A stretch of 64,000 nucleotides of DNA, from NCBI GenBank assembly GCA_964562925.1, contig CAZLVF010000004.1, positions 1,955-65,954 of the forward strand, given 5' to 3'. The DNA is from an uncultured Candidatus Bathyarchaeia archaeon (GTDB taxonomy: Archaea; Thermoproteota; Bathyarchaeia; 40CM-2-53-6; CAVXDP01). Numbering within the stretch: the first letter of the stretch is position 1; every line of letters starts with the position of its first letter. This document shows, piece after piece, positions 29,235 to 38,857 of the stretch. A program made the position numbers and the translations under genes. The notes below the pieces were generated by a model that made no database searches, was not told where the DNA came from, and saw only the letters and a list, made by a program, of their open reading frames with translations.

Positions 29235-29798
29235 GTGATATCAAAGGATAGGATCGGGGTACTGATCGGCGAAGGTGGCGTTGTAAAGGATAGGATAGAA
29301 CGTTGTCTAAACGTTACTCTGAATGTGGATGGAGAAAGTGGGGTCGTAGCGATCAAAGCGAGAGACCCCATGGGAAACCCGTTAGCCGTTCTCAAGGCGA
29401 AGGATGTTGTAACGGCTGTTGCGAGAGGATTTCCACCTAACAAAGCCTTCCGACTGTTTGATGAGGATATTATGCTCGATATTCTGAATCTGAGAGAACT
29501 ATTTGGAAAGAGTGAGAGCGACATCCAAAGGGTTAAAGGTAGGATAATCGGAAGGGACGGAAAGTCTAGAAGGATCATCGAGGAGATTACCCAGGCGGAC
29601 CTCTCGATCCACGGACATACAGTTGGAATTATCGGTAACTTTGACGCGGCCTCGTTGGCTAGAGAAGCCATGGAGATGCTGATCAAAGGAAGACAACATG
29701 CCACTGTTTATCAGCACATGAAGAATAGAAGACGAGAGATAAAGAAGAAAGAGAAAATTGAACTCTGGGAAAAACCGGCGGAGAGTCCGAGGAGATAG
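29235..29798 (+). CDS. KH-domain RNA-binding protein (Dim2/Pno1-like)
   Basis: Two KH-like modules (IGVLIGEGG..., IGRIIGRDG). Confidence 0.65.
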   Translation: MISKDRIGVLIGEGGVVKDRIERCLNVTLNVDGESGVVAIKARDPMGNPLAVLKAKDVVTAVARGFPPNKAFRLFDEDIMLDILNLRELFGKSESDIQRVKGRIIGRDGKSRRIIEEITQADLSIHGHTVGIIGNFDAASLAREAMEMLIKGRQHATVYQHMKNRRREIKKKEKIELWEKPAESPRR

Positions 29799-29835
29799 AA
29801 TCCTTGCTCATCCCAGCCCGCAGGTCTGAAGTGAG

Positions 29836-31401
29836 ATGACCGAGGTCTTTCAAGAAATAAGCCCTGCAGACTTCTTCTACCGTAACAGAGACATAGCAGG
29901 CTTCACTAATCCCTCCAGAGCGATCTACACGACCATGAGAGAACTTGTCGAAAACTCTTTAGATGCATGTGAGATCGGCGCGATCCCACCTGATATTTAC
30001 GTTAGGATATCGTACGCCGTAGAACCTGTTGAGGGATCCGGAGTCTACACAGTCAGAGTGGAAGATAACGGACCGGGGTTGCCAGAGAACGTGATACCCT
30101 CAGCCTTCGGTCAGATCCTTTTTGGCTCCAAGTACAGGCTTAGACAAACGAGGGGAACGTTTGGACTTGGAGGCAAGATGGCTATCCTATACGGTCAGAT
30201 CACGACACACTCTGAAGTGAAGGTATTCTCGAGCGTCAAGAGAAACAAGATCTATGAGTATCATTTGATGATGGATATCCAAAGAAATAGACCTGTGGTT
30301 CTGAAAAGGAAAGCCCACAGGAACAAGAACAAGTGGCATGGTACAATACTCGAGTTTTCAACTGAGGGAGACTATACACGCGCGATGTCGAAGATCCTAG
30401 ACTACTTGAAGCAAACAGCTATCGTTGCGCCCTACGCGAACCTAACATTTGTAGACCCTCGAGGAAGGCTGTATAGATACGAAAGAGCGACGACAGTCAT
30501 GAGCAAGCCTCCGCTTGAGACCGCGTCTCATCCACACGGAGTCGATGTTGAGACGCTCAAGAGGCTTATCGAACAGACAAAATCAAAGAATATGGCAGAC
30601 TTTATGAAGAGAAACTTCCAGAGGGTAGGAAACACTATCGCGAGAAGGTTTCTTGAATACGCGGGGATAAATCCGAAGAAGACGCCAAAGAAGCTCTCCC
30701 CGGATGAAGTGGTCAGACTGGTTAATGCGATGAAAAACTTCGATGGTTTTCTGCCACCAGATGCGAATTGCCTGTCGCCTCTCGGCGAAGCCCTCTTGAA
30801 GACCGGAATCGAAAAGGAATTCAACCCAGAATTTGTTGAGGTCCACCAGCGTAAACCGGCAGCTTACTCGGGGTTCCCTTTCATAATCGAGGTAGGCCTA
30901 GCGTCTGGAGGAGACATACCCCACACGGGAAAACCCATACTCTACAGGTTCGCGAACAAGATACCCTTGCTCTTCGATGAGGCAAGCGATGTCTCATACA
31001 AGGTCGTTAACAGCCTCGTGGACTGGAGACATTACAAGATCTACCCGGAGACGCCTCTAGCGGCTTTTGTGCATTTATGCAGCACGAAGATCCCATACAA
31101 GACTGTTGGAAAGGAGTTTATCGCTGACAGGCCTGAAGTCGAACGTGAGATATTGAACGCGATCAGGGAGACCGCGCGGAGACTCTCCATATTCCTCTCG
31201 AAGAAGGCATCGTACGAGAGAGAGAAGAAGCGGTTAGATGTCTTCTCAAAGTATCTCCCCAAGATCGCATCGTTCTCAACGAGACTAGCTCACAAACAGA
31301 AAGAGCCTGATGTGAAACCTCTACTCAAGAGCGTGTTGACATATGAAAGAGAAGAAGAGGAAGGGCGTAGTAAGACAGAAGAAACAAAAGGTTCTGACTA
31401 G
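29836..31401 (+). CDS. top6B: DNA topoisomerase VI subunit B
   Basis: GHKL ATPase motifs (ELVENSLDA, EDNGPG, GLGGK). Size and position directly upstream of top6A fit. Confidence 0.85.
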   Translation: MTEVFQEISPADFFYRNRDIAGFTNPSRAIYTTMRELVENSLDACEIGAIPPDIYVRISYAVEPVEGSGVYTVRVEDNGPGLPENVIPSAFGQILFGSKYRLRQTRGTFGLGGKMAILYGQITTHSEVKVFSSVKRNKIYEYHLMMDIQRNRPVVLKRKAHRNKNKWHGTILEFSTEGDYTRAMSKILDYLKQTAIVAPYANLTFVDPRGRLYRYERATTVMSKPPLETASHPHGVDVETLKRLIEQTKSKNMADFMKRNFQRVGNTIARRFLEYAGINPKKTPKKLSPDEVVRLVNAMKNFDGFLPPDANCLSPLGEALLKTGIEKEFNPEFVEVHQRKPAAYSGFPFIIEVGLASGGDIPHTGKPILYRFANKIPLLFDEASDVSYKVVNSLVDWRHYKIYPETPLAAFVHLCSTKIPYKTVGKEFIADRPEVEREILNAIRETARRLSIFLSKKASYEREKKRLDVFSKYLPKIASFSTRLAHKQKEPDVKPLLKSVLTYEREEEEGRSKTEETKGSD

Positions 31402-32440
31402 CCTGGCAGAGTTTGGAACCCGGGTCTACGATCAGCTGGCCAGACGACAGTTTCCATGGATAAAGATGCCTAGTAGATCTACAAACAACATACTCTACGA
31501 CGAGAGGTCAAGGCAATATATCTTAGGGACAAGGGCGGTCAAGAGAAGTTCTAGGAATATACGTCACCTTCGACCGTTGACGCAACTCGTCTGGACAGCT
31601 TCATTCGCGGATGAACTAACCCATCAAAAAAAGACAAGCACCCTCAGAGACGTCTTCTACTCCGCACAAGCATACGAGATGAACTTTGTGGATCAACCTG
31701 AAAGCGATAACATTATCACTGACCTAGAAACGGTGATCGGATCGCCTAGGGAAGACTTCAACGTATTCCCAGAAGAGAGAAGCGCGATCTTCGGAAACCT
31801 AACTATTCAATATACGATTCCAGGATACGAGGGAAAGAGACTTAACCTGGCAAGCCACCCAGACGGAATGATGATCGGCCCAGCCCTAACAAACGCTGAG
31901 TTCGTGGACTGTAAGGCTGACAAGATAATAGCGATAGAGAAAGGCGCGCTCTTCACCCGATTTGTTGAGGAGAGAGTTCACGATCGATTTAAGGCTCTCT
32001 TGATCCAGACAGCTGGCCAAGCGCCTCGGGCGACAAGAGCCTTCATAAGAAGACTGAATCAAGAGCTTAAGCTCCCGGTCACAATCTTTACAGATGGGGA
32101 TCCTTGGGGTATGCATATAGCCATGGTCATCATAAGTGGATCCGCAAATGCAGCCCACCTTCGAGAATTGAACACGCCGGATGCTAAATGGGCAGGGGTC
32201 TGGGCGACAGACATAGTGGACTACAAGCTTCCAAGCGACAAACTAAGCGAGCTGGACATGAAAAGACTGTATGAACTGCAGAAAGATCCGAGGTATAATG
32301 CAAAGTTGTGGAAACGTGAAATCGAGACATTCATGAAGATAAGGAAGAAGGCGGAACAGGAAGCGTTCAGCAGATACGGTTTGACCTACATAGTTGACGA
32401 GTACCTTCCGGCCAAGTTGGAGGCGGTCGAAGATATCTAG
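31343..32440 (+). CDS. top6A: DNA topoisomerase VI subunit A (Spo11-like). The true start may lie downstream of the 59-nt overlap with top6B.
   Basis: Winged-helix + Toprim architecture, about 365 aa, immediately after top6B. Confidence 0.8.
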   Translation: MKEKKRKGVVRQKKQKVLTSLAEFGTRVYDQLARRQFPWIKMPSRSTNNILYDERSRQYILGTRAVKRSSRNIRHLRPLTQLVWTASFADELTHQKKTSTLRDVFYSAQAYEMNFVDQPESDNIITDLETVIGSPREDFNVFPEERSAIFGNLTIQYTIPGYEGKRLNLASHPDGMMIGPALTNAEFVDCKADKIIAIEKGALFTRFVEERVHDRFKALLIQTAGQAPRATRAFIRRLNQELKLPVTIFTDGDPWGMHIAMVIISGSANAAHLRELNTPDAKWAGVWATDIVDYKLPSDKLSELDMKRLYELQKDPRYNAKLWKREIETFMKIRKKAEQEAFSRYGLTYIVDEYLPAKLEAVEDI

Positions 32441-32471
32441 CCGCCTGTGACGGAAGGACCGCGAGGGAAAG

Positions 32472-33434
32472 TTAACCTGCCTGTTTGGCTCCACACATGA
32501 AGCAGTAAGCCGCAGTCGACTCAATCTCAACATTGCAGCTCACGCAGCGTTTCGTCAGATTGCCTTTGACCATGACCGTATGCATGAGACCCTGCGGCTG
32601 TGTATACCAGACAAAATCTGAGAGATTCGACTTGTAGGCTTTGCATCCAAAACAGTACCATCTCTCATAATCGAGGTTGAAAAATAGCGGTCTCCCGCAT
32701 GCGGAGCATGATAATTGAGGTACCATGGTACTAGGCTTTGAGGTCAGCCACTTGCTGAACGGAGAATAGAGCTCCGCCTTGTTGACGAAATGTCTGAGAG
32801 TAACAGTCATAGAGATCAACAAGAGAGTTATAAGGGATAGGTTCCACGGCGCTGGAGCCGCAAAGATTACGAAGTCGTATATTCCATGAAGAACCATCGC
32901 TAGGACAAGACCTTCCAAGGTTAGATCCACTTCCCTCGATGGCGTAAACTTCGCTACCCCAAGATAGTAGCCCATTATCCCACCTAACAGCGCATGTCCC
33001 GGAACCGACGTAACAGCTCTGAGGAGGATTGTTCCCAATCCCCTGGTTAACGCGTAGAGAACATTCTCGACTGTAGCGAACCCAAGCGAAGCCACAGCCG
33101 TATATACTATCCCGTCCATAACTTCATTGAACGCGTTCGACCTATACGCTGCCAGCTTGACGGAGAGCAACTTAACACCTTCCTCTGTTAGACCGACAAC
33201 AAGCAACGTGTGTAGAAACAGAATTGGAATGTAATCTGATTGAGGGATTATGAACCCGCCGAGAACCTCAAGCGGAAAGGCCAAGATTGGAGATAGTAGT
33301 CCGTAGGCAAAGGTCTTTGCAACCAGTCTCTTCGGCTCCCTCTCGTATCTGTCTCGGGTGTAGAAGAACCATATGAGAAATAGGCTCGGAGCAGACGCTA
33401 GGACAAGAACTTCTAGTATGTAACCTGACTCCAT
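32472..33434 (-). CDS. PrsW-family intramembrane metalloprotease with two C-terminal zinc ribbons
   Basis: The EEGVK motif sits in a TM helix, FATVEN and HxxxD (LHGIYD) are present, and the C-terminus has CSACG...CFGCK and CVSCN...CFMCG. Confidence 0.55.
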   Translation of the reverse strand: MESGYILEVLVLASAPSLFLIWFFYTRDRYEREPKRLVAKTFAYGLLSPILAFPLEVLGGFIIPQSDYIPILFLHTLLVVGLTEEGVKLLSVKLAAYRSNAFNEVMDGIVYTAVASLGFATVENVLYALTRGLGTILLRAVTSVPGHALLGGIMGYYLGVAKFTPSREVDLTLEGLVLAMVLHGIYDFVIFAAPAPWNLSLITLLLISMTVTLRHFVNKAELYSPFSKWLTSKPSTMVPQLSCSACGRPLFFNLDYERWYCFGCKAYKSNLSDFVWYTQPQGLMHTVMVKGNLTKRCVSCNVEIESTAAYCFMCGAKQAG

Positions 33435-33482
33435 CGAGATCTCCTGCAGAGACAGGTATCGATAGAAGCGAGAATCTATGGC

Positions 33483-35312
33483 CTAGTCTCCAGTTGTTGA
33501 GGCATAATAGTATTCCCCGACTTGCCTCTGGATTCGATCAACTTTGCTTTCGGGCTTATTGACTCTAGGTCGGCCCGTCTCGACGTCTCTCCGAAAGGTG
33601 ACGTTCATGTTTGAGAGGAATATGTTCATGCCTTCTCTTAGTGATGTTGGCGCATGGGCCTGGCCCTTGACGGCAGGTTCGCCGTCAAATATCATGAGCC
33701 TGTCCGAAATGAAATCCTGTGCAACTATGTCATGCTCAACAACAAAGGCGAAGGCCTTCCTGCTTTCAACACTTCTCCTAATCGCCTTTGCAACGGCAAG
33801 TCTCTCCTCAACATCTAAGTATGCACTAGGCTCATCGAGCAGGTAGATAGATGCTTCTTTGGCTAGGCAAGCGGCGATGGCGACCCTCTGAAGCTCACCA
33901 CCACTGAGGTCTCTTACATCTCTCTCTATGTATTCTGTTAAGCCCAGAGGCTTGATCAACTCGTTCTGGAAGATCTCCGTCTCGTACCTTTCGTCAGCCA
34001 CATCCTTCAAGAGCCTTTGAACCGACCCCTCGAATTGAGCCGATATGTACTGGGGTTTGTAGCCAACGGTGAATCCTTGCCATTGCAGCACCTCACCACC
34101 TTCAGGTTTCTCGATCCCGGCTAGGAGCTTTACGAAAGTGGTCTTGCCTATGCCGTTCGGCCCCAGTATACCTACAACCTCACCTTTCCTCACTTCACCA
34201 GGTTCAACCGAGAGGCTGAAGGCGCCTAGGGTCAACCTCATTGATCCCCAGCCAAGCTTCCAATCTTCTGTAGGTGAGGCTTCATGCGGAGGTCGAAGGT
34301 GAAACCTTATCGGTTCGGTTCTAAACCTCATATTCTCATCCGGTATGAAGCCATCTAGATAGAGGTTGATCCCAAGCCGGACACCGTGAACGTGCGACAC
34401 TATGCCGTAGACACTGGGGTTACCGTATAGCAGACAAACTTGGTCTGAGAGGTAGTCAAGCATCGCTAGATCATGTTCGGCCAGAAAGACCATCTTGTTA
34501 TCTTCAACTAGTGTTCTTACGGCTCTTGAGGCTCGCATCCGCTGGTCGACATCCAAGTGGCTTGACGGCTCGTCAAATATGTATGCATCAGCGTCTCGAG
34601 AGACAGCTACTGCAAGGGCAACCCTCTGAAGCTCTCCTCCGCTTAATACCCCAACCTTTCTATCTAACAGGTTTCGAAGTTGAAGTTGATCAAGTAACCA
34701 TTCAAGCCTTCCGCGTTCGTCAGCCTTCCTAAGTATCTCGCCTACCTTCCTATTCGCCTTGGTCGGTATACGATCAACGTACTGAGGTTTGTGAACCACC
34801 TTGAGTTTCTTTTCGCTGAGTCTGCGGAAATACTCTTGCAGAGTCGATCCTCTATAATACTTCACAATCTCTTCCCAGCTTGGTGGAGAGTCGTAGTTGC
34901 CGAGATTGGGTCTGAGGTCGCCGGATAGGATCCGTAGGGCCGTAGTCTTTCCGATCCCGTTCCGTCCAATCAATCCTGTTATCGTTCCTGTTTGAGGCAC
35001 AGGCAGACGATAGAGCTTGAACATGTTCGAGCCGTATCTATGGCTGCATTCGCCTTCAAGCTCTTCAGGAAGGTTAATGACTGAGAGAGCTTCGAAAGGG
35101 CATTTCTTGACGCAGATCCCACATCCGGAGCAGAGAGACTCGACGATAACAGGCCTCTCTTGGCCTTTCTCAAATCTTATGGCTTCTACGCGGTTTCGGA
35201 CTTCTGGACAGAACCTTATGCATGCCCTTCCACAATCATCCGGTTTACATCTCTCCCTGTCCAGCACCGCCAGTCTAACCATATCTGCCCATCCAAAACT
35301 TATGCAACACAA
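33483..35312 (-). CDS. abcE1: ABCE1 / RNase L inhibitor ribosome-recycling ATPase. The likely start is the internal Met MVRLAVLD.
   Basis: N-terminal 2x[4Fe-4S] domain (CKPDDCGRAC...CP; CSGCGICVKKCP) followed by two ABC domains. Confidence 0.9.
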   Translation of the reverse strand: MCCISFGWADMVRLAVLDRERCKPDDCGRACIRFCPEVRNRVEAIRFEKGQERPVIVESLCSGCGICVKKCPFEALSVINLPEELEGECSHRYGSNMFKLYRLPVPQTGTITGLIGRNGIGKTTALRILSGDLRPNLGNYDSPPSWEEIVKYYRGSTLQEYFRRLSEKKLKVVHKPQYVDRIPTKANRKVGEILRKADERGRLEWLLDQLQLRNLLDRKVGVLSGGELQRVALAVAVSRDADAYIFDEPSSHLDVDQRMRASRAVRTLVEDNKMVFLAEHDLAMLDYLSDQVCLLYGNPSVYGIVSHVHGVRLGINLYLDGFIPDENMRFRTEPIRFHLRPPHEASPTEDWKLGWGSMRLTLGAFSLSVEPGEVRKGEVVGILGPNGIGKTTFVKLLAGIEKPEGGEVLQWQGFTVGYKPQYISAQFEGSVQRLLKDVADERYETEIFQNELIKPLGLTEYIERDVRDLSGGELQRVAIAACLAKEASIYLLDEPSAYLDVEERLAVAKAIRRSVESRKAFAFVVEHDIVAQDFISDRLMIFDGEPAVKGQAHAPTSLREGMNIFLSNMNVTFRRDVETGRPRVNKPESKVDRIQRQVGEYYYASTTGD

Positions 35313-35668
35313 AGGTTGAAGTTTCTGAAACGAGAATGTTAGAAAAGAAAGGTTCTGGGCGAGTTACCACTCTTCTTCCTCTGCGCCCTCTTCCTCACTC
35401 CACTCTTCCTCTTCGCCCCAGTCCTCTTCTTCTCCCCAGCCTTGCTCTTCCACCTTTGGAATCCCCCAGAAAGGTTTGGTTATGTGTTCGCAAAGCCTGA
35501 ACCTTTTAAAGTTTTTGCCAAGATAAGTCACTTGAAGGACGAGCTTGCTTTGACGGAAAAAGCACGAACAACGAATATCGCACTGATGGAATTGTTGAAA
35601 GAAATTTTGTCAAGGAACCTGATGCGCACCTGCCCAAGAAACCTTGATCCAATAGGGGATTATGCTGG

Positions 35669-36277
35669 ATGCTTCTTCTGAAGGCCGACGAGCAAGCAAT
35701 TCTAAAGGCGGCTAGCATCGTTGCCGCAGGGGGGCTAATCGTATACCCGACTGATACGGTGTACGGCCTCGGTTGTGATCCATTCAATGAAAGTTCGGTC
35801 AGGAGGGTTATCGATGCCAAGGAGAGAAAGAAAGATCCTCTTCCTGTATTGGGATCTTCGATTGAGAACCTTCTGCGGATAGCATCATTCAATCAAAAGT
35901 CAAATGTTCTTGCTTCCAAGTTCTGGCCTGGTCCGCTAACGTTGATACTTCAAAAGAAGCCTGTACTTCCAGATCTTGTTACATTCGGACATTCAACAGT
36001 GGGGGTTAGAGTACCTAATTGTGTTGTAGCGCTTAGGTTGATCCAGTTGTCTGGAGGCTTACTGATTGGTACAAGCGCAAACCTGACCGGCAGAAGGCCT
36101 TGCACCAAAGCTCGAGAGGCTGCAGATCAGATTGGAGAGAAGGTTGATCTGATCTTGGATGGGGGAGAGACACTTCTTAAGAGGGAGTCAACGGTTGCTA
36201 GACTTGTCGGCGGTGCACTTGAAATTCTTAGGCGTGGAGCGATCTCTGAAAGCGAGATTAGATCAGCTCTTGCATGA
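35669..36277 (+). CDS. sua5: L-threonylcarbamoyladenylate synthase (Sua5/YrdC/TsaC)
   Basis: YPTDTVYGLG motif and size. Confidence 0.8.
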   Translation: MLLLKADEQAILKAASIVAAGGLIVYPTDTVYGLGCDPFNESSVRRVIDAKERKKDPLPVLGSSIENLLRIASFNQKSNVLASKFWPGPLTLILQKKPVLPDLVTFGHSTVGVRVPNCVVALRLIQLSGGLLIGTSANLTGRRPCTKAREAADQIGEKVDLILDGGETLLKRESTVARLVGGALEILRRGAISESEIRSALA

Positions 36278-36351
36278 TCCAGTTGGATACAAGACCGATT
36301 AGAATATAGACCTTAAACAGAGATGCATTCTCAAAGGTTGCGAGTGAGTGC

Positions 36352-36885
36352 TTGGATTTGTTAGAGGACTTTAACCTCCTGATCTCGACATCCCGTAGAA
36401 ACGAGAGGAATGCATGCAGCGAAGTATGGTACCTGCTCGGAGAGATTGGTGATAGAAACTCCGAGGCGAAGACGACGGGAATAATAGGATTGACCGTAGC
36501 GAAGACGACGCTTGATCCCAAGATGGTTGTAAGAAGACTGAGAGAGATCCTTCGACAGAGGCCTTGGGAGGTAAAGTACGTTTTGAAGGTGGTTCCGATT
36601 GAGAGGCTCGTCCCAGCAACCATAGGGGATGTTGAGAAGGCGGCTCTAGAGCTTTCAAAGAGGATAGGTGAAAATGATAGGTTCCGCGTGACCGTTGAGA
36701 AACGGCGGTCGAACCTCTCTTCACATGAGATAATAGAGGCTGTGGCGAATAAGATAGATAAGAAGGTTGACCTAGAAAACCCGGATAAGATAGTTTTGGT
36801 TGAGGTTGTGGGTCAAACAGTAGGTCTGTCCCTTCTGGAACCTGGCGACATTCTCTCGGTTGAGAAGGAGAGGAGGACCCTCTAG
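36352..36885 (+). CDS. THUMP-domain RNA-binding protein
   Basis: THUMP-like pattern (FRVTVEKRRS..), about 177 aa. Confidence 0.5.
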   Translation: MDLLEDFNLLISTSRRNERNACSEVWYLLGEIGDRNSEAKTTGIIGLTVAKTTLDPKMVVRRLREILRQRPWEVKYVLKVVPIERLVPATIGDVEKAALELSKRIGENDRFRVTVEKRRSNLSSHEIIEAVANKIDKKVDLENPDKIVLVEVVGQTVGLSLLEPGDILSVEKERRTL

Positions 36886-37077
36886 AATCTTCAAGAGCCT
36901 GAGGAAAAATCGCCAACCTAGCGGGTCTGTCTAGAAACCTACCAACTGGACGTCTAACGCTTAGAGGTTTCTTTACCAGTTGTCTGCAAGATTAGGAATT
37001 CCGCAATGTTGAGTCTTATTCTCTTTGTCTTCCTTGAATTGTGGTGAGGGGACCCTGGGGGGTAGGAGGGAGGGGGG

Positions 37078-37692
37078 TCAAACCCTTGTAGGAAGCAAGG
37101 CTACCCTTTCTATGATGAGTCTTTGAATTGCCTCGCCTCTTGGAGTCTTCTTGCCGCTCATCGCTTGAATCTCTTTCTCGGAGATCTTGAATGTTGAGAT
37201 GAGGTTCTCGATCTTCTCCTGGCTCCAGTGATCTAGAAGAGCGTTATCGCTTCTTGTGTTTGTAAGTGATGGAAGCTTGTCGCTGAAGCTTCTAATCGAC
37301 TCTTCGCTTCCTCCTACGGCTATGACTGCCACGTTCCTTGTGTTACGGTTTACTCCTACCATACGGATCGCCTCTGAGATCTGCTTTTGAGCGGAAGTGT
37401 AGAGGAGAAACTCCACCGCAAGCGTTCTGGAGATGTTGGTTCCTCTTTTGAAGGTATGCAGCGCATTCAGCATTGCAAAGTGGAGATGTCTTCTCCCAGC
37501 GATCCTGTCCAGATCAACTATCTGCACATCAATATCAGTCGAAGCTTTCCTCAGGTTTTCGATAAGGTTGTCAGCGTCAACCGGTTCATCAACATGGAAT
37601 GGAAAGACCAGAAAGTACTGATCATAGTCCTCGAACTTCGTGACCTCGGCCAAATGTTTCTGCATCCTCCACAGATCAAGCCTACACGACAA
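37078..37692 (-). CDS. Hypothetical protein. It might be KEOPS Cgi121-like, given the t6A gene context, but this is unverified.
   Basis: No diagnostic motif was recognised. The only support is the context next to sua5 and THUMP. Confidence 0.25.
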   Translation of the reverse strand: MSCRLDLWRMQKHLAEVTKFEDYDQYFLVFPFHVDEPVDADNLIENLRKASTDIDVQIVDLDRIAGRRHLHFAMLNALHTFKRGTNISRTLAVEFLLYTSAQKQISEAIRMVGVNRNTRNVAVIAVGGSEESIRSFSDKLPSLTNTRSDNALLDHWSQEKIENLISTFKISEKEIQAMSGKKTPRGEAIQRLIIERVALLPTRV

Positions 37693-37770
37693 GCTTGGAT
37701 TTTTCGAGAGTGAATCTCATACAAAGCTTAATAGAAAACCGACAATGAAAACTGTTCGGAAGCGTCGAAG

Positions 37771-38355
37771 GTGGAGTTCTTAGTTCCAAGCTGGGAAGAC
37801 ATTTATGGGATGTGTATCCAACTTGCTGATCAGATAAAGGAGAGCGGGTACGTACCTGACATGATCGTAGCTGTTGCCCGGGGGGGCTGGGTACCTGGCA
37901 GGATAATCTCAGACCTCCTCAGCAACTCGAACGTTGCAAGCCTGAAAGTCGAGTTCTACAAGGACGTTGCAGAGACAGATAGAAAACCAATAATTTCCCA
38001 GCGCGTGTCCGCCCCGATAAGACGGAAGAAGGTTCTCGTCGTCGATGACGTAGCCGACACAGGTGAGAGCCTAAAAGCTGTAAGAGACTACCTGAAGAAG
38101 CTGGGACCAGCCGAGATCAGGATCGCAACCCTACATTACAAGTCCAAGAGCATATTCAAGCCCGACTATTTCATCGGCGAGACGGACGCTTGGATTGTAT
38201 ACCCACACGAGAGACATGAATTCGTAAGAAACATGGTCAGGAAACTGAGGAGAGACGGTATGTCACTCGAAGAGGTAAAGAAAGAGATGAGAAGGATTGG
38301 ACTGCAGGCGCGGATTGCCGACAAGTTCGTTGAAGAGACTTGGAATACGGTTTGA
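37771..38355 (+). CDS. Purine phosphoribosyltransferase (type I PRTase)
   Basis: PRPP-binding motif VLVVDDVADTGESL. Confidence 0.7.
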   Translation: MEFLVPSWEDIYGMCIQLADQIKESGYVPDMIVAVARGGWVPGRIISDLLSNSNVASLKVEFYKDVAETDRKPIISQRVSAPIRRKKVLVVDDVADTGESLKAVRDYLKKLGPAEIRIATLHYKSKSIFKPDYFIGETDAWIVYPHERHEFVRNMVRKLRRDGMSLEEVKKEMRRIGLQARIADKFVEETWNTV

Positions 38356-38442
38356 TAACATAGATCGCAGCTCATAGTCAGATCCGATCGCTTGACGGTT
38401 GACCAAGAAATGGCGCGAAACCGTGTTTTCAAACATGATGAG

Positions 38443-38754
38443 TCAAGTCTTCCGCGTTTCAGCTAACCGCCTCTCTACTTCCTCTCTATTATCCCAGTTT
38501 GGATCGAGGTGCGACTGATCGAGGTGCGGCCATTTCGCGGGCGTCACCCAACGCCTTCCACAGAATGGACACTCATGCCAATTCGTTAATCCCTGCGTAC
38601 AATCACAAGAAGAAACCGCTTGGCACGTAGGGCAGGTATGAAGCGCTGAAGCTACAGAACGCTCATAGGCAATCTTCAGCTCTCGAATCCTAGTTCGAAT
38701 CTTCTGGCGTAACGAAGGTCGCATAAACCAACCCTTACGATCCTGATGGCTCAA
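38443..38754 (-). CDS. Small zinc-ribbon protein
   Basis: CPTCQ...CDC...CPFCG. Confidence 0.35.
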   Translation of the reverse strand: MSHQDRKGWFMRPSLRQKIRTRIRELKIAYERSVASALHTCPTCQAVSSCDCTQGLTNWHECPFCGRRWVTPAKWPHLDQSHLDPNWDNREEVERRLAETRKT

Positions 38755-38857
38755 TTTGAGATAACGCTATAAGATAAAACATTCTCGGTCGGCATATCGA
38801 AAGTTCAATGGTCAAAGAGCTTAATTAAGAATAGTCCATGATTCTGGTACTGCAGCG

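Noticed and set aside
35442-35681. 79-aa + strand ORF in the abcE1/sua5 intergenic region
   Set aside because: It overlaps the sua5 start and spans the homopyrimidine repeat. No motif was recognised; it is probably a non-coding promoter region.
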